From Candidatus Limnocylindria bacterium (lineage in GTDB: Bacteria; Chloroflexota; Limnocylindria; QHBO01): a stretch of DNA of 64,000 nucleotides. The position numbers and the translations under genes were made by a program. How positions within the stretch are numbered: position 1 is the first letter of the stretch; each line of letters begins with the position of its first letter. Below are positions 42,393-50,658 of this stretch, one piece after another. The notes under the pieces were generated by a model that saw nothing but the letters and a program-made list of their open reading frames with translations, ran no database searches and was not told the origin of the DNA. The stretch lies in the NCBI GenBank assembly GCA_036397815.1, contig DASWIE010000030.1:3272-67271 (forward strand), written 5' to 3'.

Positions 42393-43030
42393 GCGGATTC
42401 CTCGGTACCGACCTCGCCGGCGTGATCGCCACCTGGGTGGCGGCGCTCGTCACCATCGTGGTCTGGTCATACCTCCTTGGTGAGCGCCGCCCCTTTCGCC
42501 TCGCGCAGCACCTGCTCGCCGGGCTGGCGACCGGCTATCTCGTCCTGCTGGCGGTGCGCGAGGTCCTGCTGCCGCGTCTGCTCGAGCCGCTGGCCCGGGA
42601 TCCAGCCGCCAACGTGCTGCTCCTTCCGGCGCTCGCCATGGTCGGGGCGTTGGCCGGCGCGCGCTGGTTGCCGCGGCAGGTCGTGGCACTCCCGGTTGCG
42701 GTGCTGGTCGGCGCGACGACGGCTTTCGCGCTCGGCGGCGCGGTTGTCGGGACGCTGCTCCCGCAGCTGGCGGCGAGCGTCCTCCGCCCGGGCACGGCGC
42801 TGACGGTGGTCAACGGCCTCATCGGTCTGGTGATCACGGGCCTGGTGGTTCTCGGCTTCCTGCACGGCGTGCCGCGCGGTCGGATCACGGGTGTGGCGGC
42901 CGGCGCCGGGCGCTGGCTGCTGATCGGTGCCATCGGCGGCTGGCTCGGCTTCCTCCTCGTCAGCCGGTTGGCGCTGCTGGTCGACAGGCTGGGCTTCCTG
43001 CTCGGCGACTGGCTGGGGCAGGCGCGATGA
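42389..43030 (+). CDS. Polytopic membrane protein (213 aa, about 6 TM)
   Basis: GTGA overlap; WVAALVT..SYLLGE..FRLAQHLLAGLATGY; several hydrophobic helices. Confidence 0.8.
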   Translation: MSGFLGTDLAGVIATWVAALVTIVVWSYLLGERRPFRLAQHLLAGLATGYLVLLAVREVLLPRLLEPLARDPAANVLLLPALAMVGALAGARWLPRQVVALPVAVLVGATTAFALGGAVVGTLLPQLAASVLRPGTALTVVNGLIGLVITGLVVLGFLHGVPRGRITGVAAGAGRWLLIGAIGGWLGFLLVSRLALLVDRLGFLLGDWLGQAR

Positions 43031-44718
43031 CCATGGAAGGGCCGGTCGCCGGGTTGCTGCCCTCGCCGAGCAAGCGGCCCGGGCCGGCGGCTGAGCTGTC
43101 GCTGCTGGTGGACGTCGGCTCCGCCTGGACGAAGGCCGTCGTGGTGGCGCGCGCGCGCGGGCGTTGGCGGATCGCCGGACATGCGGCTCAACCGAGCGCC
43201 TGGGGCGAGGAGGAGCTCGTGAACGCGCTGGTCGCGCGCCTGGCCGAGGGCGCGGACCGGCGCGTGGCGGACCGCCTGGCGGAGCTCCTGGGGACCGCCC
43301 CCCGAATCGCCTGTCATACGCCACGACGCGCGGGGCGCATCGGGCTCGCCGCCATCTCCGCGGAGCTTTCAGGAGCCTCCGCGCGTCGTGCGGCGGAGTC
43401 TGCCGGCTGGACGGTCGCCGAGGCGGCGACGGCCGATGACGGCCGCTCGCTCGTCGATCGCCTCTCAGCGCTCCAGGCTGCCGACGTGGACGCCTGGCTG
43501 CTGGCGGGTGGCTTCGACCACGGGCGGGCCGGCCAGGCGCTGGAGATGGCGGGCCTGGTCGCGGCGGCACGGGGTGCATCCCGAACTCCGGTGCTGTGGG
43601 CGGGATCCGCTGCCCTCGCGGATGAGGTCGCCACGCTCTTCGAGCCGGGTGCCCTGCAGACGGTCGCCAACCCGCGGCCGTCGGCGACCGAGGAGGATCT
43701 CGTCCCGCTGCGCCACACGCTCGAAGGCCTGCTGCAGCAGCTCGTGGAGCCGGGCGGCGTTCGGCAGCTGACGCCGGTCTCATTCCGTCGCGCCGTCGCC
43801 GAGCTCGCGCGTTCGACCGAGCGCCGAGTCCTGGGCGTCGACCTGGGCGCCCGCTACGCCAGCTGGGTGCTCGCCGACGCGGATGGGACCGCGGAGAGCC
43901 GGGTCTTCGCCGAGGGCGGGCTATCGGCCTCGAGCCTGGTCGGGCCGGGCGGTCCGGCGCGCCTTGCGAGGTTGCTTCCGCTGGCGATCGACGAGCTGGC
44001 GGTGGCCGATGCGCTGCAGAACCTGCGCGCCCGGCCGGGCACCCTGCCGCAGACCGAGGACGAGCTCGCGATCATGCACGGTGCGGCTCGTCAGCTGCTG
44101 GCGCAGGGAGCGGCCGACGAGGGAGCGATCTCGGGCATCGACCTGCTCATCGGGTCGGGGCGCACGCTGGCCGCGGCACCACGGCCCGGCCAGGCGGCCC
44201 AACTGCTGCTCGACGGCGTGCGCCCGCTCGGGGTCACTGAGCTGGCGATCGACGCCGCCGGCGCGCTGCCGCCGCTCGGTGCGCTGGACGACGCCGAGAT
44301 CCGAGAGGGGATGGGCATGCTCCGAGATGACCTCCTCACGCCGCTCGGCGCCGCCGTCGTCTGTCGCGGCGGCCATCCTGGGCAGGTGGTGATGCGCGTG
44401 ACCGTCCATCGGGCTGGATGGCCCACCACGGGCCCGGTCGAGCTGCGCAGCGGGCAGCTGCAGCTGCTGCCCCTCGGACGGGGCCAGTCGGCTGAGCTCG
44501 AGATCGAGCTCGAAGCCGGCGTGACGCTGGGGGGGCCACGACGCGCGCGGCGCGCCCAGGTGACGGTCACCGGTGGGGCGCTGGGGCTGATCCTCGACGC
44601 GCGAGAGGTCCCGCTGTCAATGCCGCGTCGCGCCGACGACCGTCGTGCCGTGCTCGCCGGTTGGCGCGATGCCTTCGCCCGCGAGCCCTCGACACCGGTG
44701 CCCGGAGACCAGCCGTGA
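43027..44718 (+). CDS. GlmL/MutL-like (glutamate mutase L family) ASKHA/actin-fold protein, long form
   Basis: Phosphate-1-like LLVDVGSAWTKA, LLAGGFDHG, second VLGVDLG motif, LIGSG..LAAAP, C-terminal GGALGLILDAR. Confidence 0.75.
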   Translation: MTMEGPVAGLLPSPSKRPGPAAELSLLVDVGSAWTKAVVVARARGRWRIAGHAAQPSAWGEEELVNALVARLAEGADRRVADRLAELLGTAPRIACHTPRRAGRIGLAAISAELSGASARRAAESAGWTVAEAATADDGRSLVDRLSALQAADVDAWLLAGGFDHGRAGQALEMAGLVAAARGASRTPVLWAGSAALADEVATLFEPGALQTVANPRPSATEEDLVPLRHTLEGLLQQLVEPGGVRQLTPVSFRRAVAELARSTERRVLGVDLGARYASWVLADADGTAESRVFAEGGLSASSLVGPGGPARLARLLPLAIDELAVADALQNLRARPGTLPQTEDELAIMHGAARQLLAQGAADEGAISGIDLLIGSGRTLAAAPRPGQAAQLLLDGVRPLGVTELAIDAAGALPPLGALDDAEIREGMGMLRDDLLTPLGAAVVCRGGHPGQVVMRVTVHRAGWPTTGPVELRSGQLQLLPLGRGQSAELEIELEAGVTLGGPRRARRAQVTVTGGALGLILDAREVPLSMPRRADDRRAVLAGWRDAFAREPSTPVPGDQP

Positions 44719-45758
44719 ACGGGCCGGCGCTGCACCGGGTGCGCGTGCCGCGTGGCACCGTGCCGAGCGTCATGGTCGGCAGCGACGTCGCTCCCGACCA
44801 GGTGCTCGGTCTCCATCGGCGGCCAGGCCCCGCCGTACGGGTCCAGCTGGCGACGAAGCTGCGCGTGCGATCCGATGCCGTCTCGGCCCTGCTCCTGGTC
44901 CGGCCGGGCACCCGCCTGGCGGAGGGCGACGCGATCGCGCGAGGTGCCGACGGACGCGAGGCACGCGCGCCGACGGGCGGCCTGCTGCTGGGCGTGTCGG
45001 CGATCGACGGTACTGCTCTGCTTGCGCCGCTCGGGCCCGAGGAGCCGGTCATCGGCCATGTGCATGGCCGCATTCGCGCGGTGGAGGACGGGGCCATCAC
45101 GGTCGAGGTCCCCGGCGCCCTGGTGCGGGGCGTTGGGGGCACGGGCGAGGCGGTCCACGGCGAGCTGGTGGTCGCCGTCCACGATCCCGGCGAAGAGCTC
45201 AGGGCGGCGGCAATCGACGTGGGCGCGACTGGCAGGATCCTGGTGGGCGGGTCGCGCGCCTCGGCCGAGACCCTCACGCGGGCACGCGCCATGGGGGTGG
45301 CGGGGATCGTGCTCGGCGGGGTGCTGGACAAGGAGCTGCGCGACTTCGAGGCCATCCAGCGTCGCCGTCGGGAGGTTGGAGGCCTGGTCGGCGCGTTCGG
45401 AGTGCTGCTGCTGGAGGGGTTCGGCAAGGTAGGCATCGACCCGCAGCGCTTCGGATGGTTCAAGGCTCATGCCGGTCGGATGGCCAGCCTGTTCGGCACC
45501 GATGGGCTCCTGTACGTCTACGACGCCGAACCCGCGCCGGGACGCCGGACGCTGCCGCGCGTCGGCGAGCGGGTGATCGCGCACCGCCGCCCGTTCCAGG
45601 GACGCGCCGGCGTGCTGGTGGCGGAGCTGGATGACCTGCACGCGACGCCATCGGGCATCGCCACCAGGATGGGCCTGGTCCGTTTCGAGGACGGACGGCT
45701 GGCGCCCGTGCCGCTCGCCAATCTGGAGGCCACCCTGCCGGTGCCCCCCAGCGCCTGA
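44715..45758 (+). CDS. Hypothetical protein (347 aa): barrel-sandwich-hybrid-like N-terminus, alpha/beta core, KOW/SH3-like C-terminus
   Basis: V.VG..V..DQVL and VRPGTRLAEGDAIA repeats, GVAGIVLGG, LLEGFG, GERV..RRPFQGRAG, VPLANLE; GTGA overlap. Confidence 0.75.
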   Translation: MNGPALHRVRVPRGTVPSVMVGSDVAPDQVLGLHRRPGPAVRVQLATKLRVRSDAVSALLLVRPGTRLAEGDAIARGADGREARAPTGGLLLGVSAIDGTALLAPLGPEEPVIGHVHGRIRAVEDGAITVEVPGALVRGVGGTGEAVHGELVVAVHDPGEELRAAAIDVGATGRILVGGSRASAETLTRARAMGVAGIVLGGVLDKELRDFEAIQRRRREVGGLVGAFGVLLLEGFGKVGIDPQRFGWFKAHAGRMASLFGTDGLLYVYDAEPAPGRRTLPRVGERVIAHRRPFQGRAGVLVAELDDLHATPSGIATRMGLVRFEDGRLAPVPLANLEATLPVPPSA

Positions 45759-45762
45759 CCCG

Positions 45763-45768
45763 TATCCT
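45763..45768 (+). promoter_or_regulatory. Possible -10 element giving a near-leaderless tsaE transcript
   Basis: TATCCT ends 8 nt before ATG 45777; no SD visible. Confidence 0.4.
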
Positions 45769-45776
45769 TCTCGCTC

Positions 45777-46268
45777 ATGGACCGATTCACAGCGGCAGCG
45801 CCGAGCTCCGGCGCGCTGCGAAGCGACTCGCCGCAGCACACCCGGGCCCTCGGACGCGCGATCGGCACGCGGGCCAGGCCGGGAATCGTGCTGGCACTGG
45901 TCGGGCCGCTCGGCGCCGGCAAGACGCAGCTGGCCAAGGGGGTCGCCGACGGGCTCGACGTCACCACCGTCGTCAACAGCCCCACCTTTGTGCTCATGAA
46001 CGAGCATGTCGGCCGGCTGCGCCTCTTCCATGTCGACGCGTACCGCCTCGACGACCCGGGGGAGGCGCTGGCGGTCGGCCTCTTCGACGAGCGCCAGGCC
46101 GAGGGCGTGACCGTGGTGGAGTGGGCGGATCGCCTGGATGGCTGGCTGCCCCTGGAGCGCATCGACCTCTGGATCGAGCCTGATGCCGCCGGCGAGGACG
46201 TTCGCGCCATCCGCTGGGCTGCCCACGGCGACGCGCATGCGGCGCTGGCGGCGGAGGCGCTGCGATGA
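45777..46268 (+). CDS. tsaE: t6A biosynthesis ATPase TsaE
   Basis: GPLGAGKT, SPTFVL, HVDAYRL, VEWAD. Confidence 0.96.
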   Translation: MDRFTAAAPSSGALRSDSPQHTRALGRAIGTRARPGIVLALVGPLGAGKTQLAKGVADGLDVTTVVNSPTFVLMNEHVGRLRLFHVDAYRLDDPGEALAVGLFDERQAEGVTVVEWADRLDGWLPLERIDLWIEPDAAGEDVRAIRWAAHGDAHAALAAEALR

Positions 46269-46906
46269 TCGTCGCCGTCGAATCCGCGTCGACCGACCTC
46301 TCGGTCGCTACAGCCGCCGAGGACGGCGAGCTGCTGGCCATCGATGGCTGGCGCTCCGCCGGACGTGGCGCGCACGAGCTGCTGCCACACCTCCTCGCCC
46401 TGCTGGCTGGCGGCGGTCATCGGCTCGACCAGGCCACGGCGTTCGCCGTCGGCATCGGACCGGGCTCCTTCACCGGCCTGCGGGTCGGCATGAGCCTGGC
46501 GAAGGGCATGGCGCTCGCTCTCGGGCGCCCGATCGTCGGCGTGCCGAGCCTGGAGGCGTGGTTGGCGGCCGATCCTGGGGCCCCGGCGGCGATCGCCCGG
46601 GCCGGCGCCCGCGAGGCGTACCTCCTGCTGCGGGGGGAGACGCGACCCCGCATCGTCGACCGCGACGAGCTCCCCTTGCAGTCCGGCGTGGCGGCCGTCG
46701 CGGCACCGGGTGAGCTCGCCGAGGCGTTCGGCCTCGCCGGGGCAACGCCTCCAACCAGAGCGGCGGCTGCGGTCGCTGCGCTCGCGGCCGCGCGGCTGGC
46801 CTCGAATCCCGCCGGCGACGATCTCGCCCGCCTCGAACCGGCCTACCTGCGCCAACCCCGGGGCCTGGGACAGCTGGCACATGCCGAGGCCACGCCATGG
46901 CCGTGA
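46265..46906 (+). CDS. tsaB: t6A biosynthesis protein TsaB
   Basis: GPGSFTGLRVG, VPSLEA, LEPAYLR. Confidence 0.93.
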   Translation: MIVAVESASTDLSVATAAEDGELLAIDGWRSAGRGAHELLPHLLALLAGGGHRLDQATAFAVGIGPGSFTGLRVGMSLAKGMALALGRPIVGVPSLEAWLAADPGAPAAIARAGAREAYLLLRGETRPRIVDRDELPLQSGVAAVAAPGELAEAFGLAGATPPTRAAAAVAALAAARLASNPAGDDLARLEPAYLRQPRGLGQLAHAEATPWP

Positions 46907-47433
46907 GCCTGCCGCTGACGGTCGAGGCCATGCGAACGAGCGACATCGAAGCGGTGCACGAGATCGAGCGCCTCAGCTTCAGCACGCCGTGGCCGTCGTA
47001 CGCGTTCGAGCAGGAGCTGACCGGCAATCGGCTGGCGCGGTACATCGTGGCCCGCGCGGCCGCACCCGACGGCGAGCGGATCGTCGGTTTCGCGGGCGTC
47101 TGGCTGATGGTCGACGAGGCGCACATCACCACCTTCGGGGTCCATCCCGATTGGCGGCGGCGTGGTGTTGGCCGTCGACTGCTGCTGCGACTTGCCGACC
47201 TGGCCCGGGAGCTTGGAGCGGCGCGCATGACGCTGGAGGTGCGGGTCGGCAACGACGCGGCAAAGGCCCTCTATCGCTCCTTCGGCTTCACCGTTGCCGG
47301 CAGGCGTCCCCGCTACTACACCGACGACGGGGAGGACGCGTACGTGATGAGCACCACGGACCTCGTCGAGCCGGAGATGCAGGCGGTGCTCCGTGCCGAA
47401 CGCGAGCGGCAGGCGGCGGAGGAGGCCTCGTAG
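46897..47433 (+). CDS. rimI: Ribosomal protein S18 alanine N-acetyltransferase
   Basis: SFSTPW, EAHITT, LEVRVGN..A..LY..GF, RYY..GEDA. Confidence 0.93.
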   Translation: MAVSLPLTVEAMRTSDIEAVHEIERLSFSTPWPSYAFEQELTGNRLARYIVARAAAPDGERIVGFAGVWLMVDEAHITTFGVHPDWRRRGVGRRLLLRLADLARELGAARMTLEVRVGNDAAKALYRSFGFTVAGRRPRYYTDDGEDAYVMSTTDLVEPEMQAVLRAERERQAAEEAS

Positions 47434-48476
47434 TGGCTGCCCCGCGGATCCTGGCGATCGAGACGAGCTGCGACGAGACCGGCGTGGCGGTGGTGGTCGG
47501 CGGACGTCGGATCGAGGCGAACCAGGTGGCGACCCAGATCGCGCTGCATGCCGAGACGGGCGGGATCGTGCCCGAGGTCGCCGCCCGCCAGCAGCTGCGC
47601 TGGATCGTCCCAACCATCGAGGCCGCCCTGGCCGAGGCCGGCATGGGCTGGACCGATCTCGACGCGCTGGCCGTGACCTGCGGTCCCGGGTTGATCGGCT
47701 CCCTGCTGGTGGGCGTCAACGTCGGCAAGGCCGTCTCGGCAGCACGTGACCTGCCGCTCGTCGCGGTCAACCACCTCGAAGGCCACATCTACGCCAACTG
47801 GTTGACCGATGCCCCCGCCGCGGAGCCACTTCCGCCGGAGCCGCCCTTCCCGCTGCTCTGCCTGGTGGTGAGCGGCGGGCACACCCAGCTGATCCTGATG
47901 GAGGACCACGGCCAATACCTGCTGCTCGGCCAGACGGTCGACGACGCCGCCGGCGAGGCGTTCGACAAGGTCGGCCGATTGCTTGGCCTGCCGTATCCTG
48001 GCGGGCCGGCGATCTCCACGGCGGCCGAAGGGGCGCAGCCGGCGACCCGCTTTCCGCGGGCGCGGACCGATGGCCGCTACGACTTCAGCTTCAGCGGCCT
48101 GAAGACGGCCGTGCTGCGGGCCGTGGCCGGCTATCGCGAGCGCGGTGAGCCGCTCCCGGTCGACGGGCTTGCAGCGGCGTTCGAGGAGGCCGTCGTCGAC
48201 GCGCTGACCGCGAAGACGGTGGCGGCCGCGGAGGAGCATGGCGTCGCCGCGGTGGCGCTCGGCGGCGGCGTGGCGGCCAACCGCGCCCTGCGCGCCGCGC
48301 TGCGCGAGCGGCTCGCGGTCGCCGGCGTCCCGCTGCTGGTGCCGCCGCCGGCCTGGTGCACGGACAACGGCGCGATGATCGGCGCCGCAGCCGGCTACCG
48401 CTTCGCGGCGGGCGACCGGGCCGACGCGTCGCTCGAGGCGACCCCGAACCTGGCGCTGCCCTGGCTCGACCGATGA
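47433..48476 (+). CDS. tsaD: t6A synthase TsaD
   Basis: IETSCDET, NHLEGH, VSGGHT, DDAAGEAFDK, CTDNGAMI; GTG start at 47433. Confidence 0.97.
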   Translation: MAAPRILAIETSCDETGVAVVVGGRRIEANQVATQIALHAETGGIVPEVAARQQLRWIVPTIEAALAEAGMGWTDLDALAVTCGPGLIGSLLVGVNVGKAVSAARDLPLVAVNHLEGHIYANWLTDAPAAEPLPPEPPFPLLCLVVSGGHTQLILMEDHGQYLLLGQTVDDAAGEAFDKVGRLLGLPYPGGPAISTAAEGAQPATRFPRARTDGRYDFSFSGLKTAVLRAVAGYRERGEPLPVDGLAAAFEEAVVDALTAKTVAAAEEHGVAAVALGGGVAANRALRAALRERLAVAGVPLLVPPPAWCTDNGAMIGAAAGYRFAAGDRADASLEATPNLALPWLDR

Positions 48477-49351
48477 GCGATCCGCTCGCCGCCGATCGCC
48501 TTGCGCCGCCGACGCCCGGGCAGCTGCGCCGCCTGCTCGCCGCCGAGCGGCTGCGCCCGCGCCGCACCCTCAGCCAGAACTTCCTGACCGACGCGGCTGC
48601 GCTCGACGAGATCGTCGCCGCCGCGGAGCTGCGACCCGGCGACCGGGTGGTCGAGATCGGTCCTGGCCTCGGCGTGCTGACCCGTCGCCTGCTGGCCGCC
48701 GGCGCATCGGTCCTGGCGGTCGAGCTGGATGCGCGGCTGGCGGGATGGCTGCGTCGCGAGCTCGGTGCCGTGCCGGGCTTCGAGCTGATCGAGGCCGACG
48801 CCCTGACCATCCATCCCCGGGAATGCTTTCCGGGGGAGTCGTTCAAGCTGGTGGCCAACATCCCGTACCACATCACCAGCCCGCTGCTGCATGCCTTCGT
48901 GGAGGGGGAGCGGCCGCCGGAGCTGACGGTCCTGCTGGTGCAGGCCGAGGTGGCGGAGCGCGTCGCCGCCCCGCCCGGCCAGATGAGCTACCTGTCCGTC
49001 TTCGTCCAGAACGTCGCCAGCGCGGAGGTCGTGGCCCGGGTGCCGGCGGCCGCATTCGAGCCGTCGCCGAAGGTCGACTCGGCGGTCCTGCGTCTGCGCC
49101 GCCGTCCGGATCCGCCGGTTCCGGTGGGCGATGGGCGCGAGCCGTTCTACCGGATCGTGCAGGCGGGGTTCCGTCAGCGCCGCAAGCAGCTGCACAACGG
49201 CCTCGGTCGTGAGCTCCCGGTGCCTCGCGAAGCACTGACCTCCGCGTTCGCCGCCTGCGGGATCCACTCCGAGCGGCGCCCACAGACGCTGAGCGTCGAC
49301 GAATGGGCCTGCCTCGCGACTCGGCTGAGCCCGTTGCTGGTGAGCCGATGA
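48473..49351 (+). CDS. rsmA: 16S rRNA adenine dimethyltransferase RsmA/KsgA
   Basis: SQNFL, EIGPGLG, ANIPYHITSP, PKVDSAV. Confidence 0.96.
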   Translation: MSDPLAADRLAPPTPGQLRRLLAAERLRPRRTLSQNFLTDAAALDEIVAAAELRPGDRVVEIGPGLGVLTRRLLAAGASVLAVELDARLAGWLRRELGAVPGFELIEADALTIHPRECFPGESFKLVANIPYHITSPLLHAFVEGERPPELTVLLVQAEVAERVAAPPGQMSYLSVFVQNVASAEVVARVPAAAFEPSPKVDSAVLRLRRRPDPPVPVGDGREPFYRIVQAGFRQRRKQLHNGLGRELPVPREALTSAFAACGIHSERRPQTLSVDEWACLATRLSPLLVSR

Positions 49352-50193
49352 CCCCCACGGTGCCGCTGCGCCTCGACGCCCCGGCCAAGCTGAACCTGTC
49401 GCTCGCCGTCGTCGGTCGACGCCCTGATGGCTACCACCTGCTGGTCAGCGACCTGGTGCTGCTCGATCTCGCTGATCGGCTGCTGCTGATGCCCGGCTGC
49501 TCCGGCCTCCGCGTCGAGGCCCAGCCGGGCGAGGAGATCCCGCTCGGGCCGCGCGAGAACCTCGCCTGGCGCGGCCTGGTGGCCGGGCTTGGCGCGGAGC
49601 CAGAGCTCGCCTGCCTGACGGTCGAGAAGCAGATTCCCGCGGCTGCCGGGCTGGGCGGCGGCTCGTCGGACGCGGCGGCGGCCTGGCGGCTCGCGCGGCG
49701 CTGGCGCGGCGCAGACGAGGCGCCCGGCGAGCAGGACCTGGCGGCGCTCGCCGCGATCGGCGCCGACGTGCCGTTCTTCGCCTCGCGACTCTGCGCGGCG
49801 CGGGTGGAGGGGATCGGGGAGCGCGTCTCGGCGATCGAGCCGCCGAGCGGCGGTGAATTGGTGCTGCTGATCCATCCGCCGTTCCGCCTGTCGACCGCCG
49901 ATGTTTTCGCCGAGCTGCGCCCGGGCGAGATCGGCGGTCCCGCGCCGCCCGAGCCGGGGCGCAACGACCTGCTGGCTCCGGCGCGGCGCCTGCGCCCCGA
50001 GCTGGACGACCTCTTCCGGCTGGTGACGGCGGCCGGGGCGGCGCCGCGGCTGACCGGCAGCGGGCCGACGATCTTCGTCCGCAACGACGATCCCGAGCGA
50101 GTCGCCGCGCTGGCAGCCGGGCTGCGAGAGCTCGGTCTCCGCGTCACCGAAACGCGTCTGCGGCGCGAAGCGGCTAGCATCGAGGAGGCATGA
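49348..50193 (+). CDS. ispE: 4-diphosphocytidyl-2-C-methyl-D-erythritol kinase (MEP pathway)
   Basis: APAKLNLSL, RPDGYH, GLGGGSSDAAA, GADVPFF, TGSGPT. Confidence 0.95.
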   Translation: MTPTVPLRLDAPAKLNLSLAVVGRRPDGYHLLVSDLVLLDLADRLLLMPGCSGLRVEAQPGEEIPLGPRENLAWRGLVAGLGAEPELACLTVEKQIPAAAGLGGGSSDAAAAWRLARRWRGADEAPGEQDLAALAAIGADVPFFASRLCAARVEGIGERVSAIEPPSGGELVLLIHPPFRLSTADVFAELRPGEIGGPAPPEPGRNDLLAPARRLRPELDDLFRLVTAAGAAPRLTGSGPTIFVRNDDPERVAALAAGLRELGLRVTETRLRREAASIEEA

Positions 50194-50582
50194 GCGTGCG
50201 CACCCAGGTGATGACCAACGCCGCGCCCGCGGCGATCGGCCCCTACAGCCAGGCGATCCATGCCGGCGGCCTCGTGTTCACCGCTGGCCAGCTCGGGCTC
50301 GACCCGACCGGCGGCGAGCTGGCGGCCGGCGCAGCGGCGCAGGCGGATCGGGCGCTCCGCAACCTGTCGGCGATCCTGGACGCTGCCGGCACCTCGCTCG
50401 AGCGCGTGGTGAAGACCACCATCTTCCTGGCCGACATGGGGGACTTCGCGGCGGTCAACGAGGTCTACGCGGCGCACTTCTCGACCCCATATCCGGCCCG
50501 TTCGACGGTTGCGGTCAAGGCGCTCCCCAAGGACGCTCTGGTGGAGATCGAGGCGGTCGCGCTGGTCGAGACGCGCGGTTGA
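50190..50582 (+). CDS. ridA: RidA/YjgF-family reactive-intermediate deaminase
   Basis: PAAIGPYSQA, VKTTIFL, PARSTV, VEIEAVA. Confidence 0.93.
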   Translation: MSVRTQVMTNAAPAAIGPYSQAIHAGGLVFTAGQLGLDPTGGELAAGAAAQADRALRNLSAILDAAGTSLERVVKTTIFLADMGDFAAVNEVYAAHFSTPYPARSTVAVKALPKDALVEIEAVALVETRG

Positions 50583-50608
50583 CCGGCTTCATGCACCACG
50601 CATACCAT
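50579..50608 (+). promoter_or_regulatory. Probable promoter of glmU
   Basis: TTGACC (50579-50584), 18-nt spacer, TACCAT (50603-50608). Confidence 0.55.
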
Positions 50609-50658
50609 CGGCGCCACTGTCCGTTCGATTTGGAGCACCCACGGGAGCACCCACACAC

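Noticed and set aside
43027-44718. Annotation as DNA mismatch-repair MutL or as part of a glutamate mutase operon
   Set aside because: No GHKL ATPase motifs (name overlap only), and no B12-binding DxHxxG subunit or mutase gene in the window
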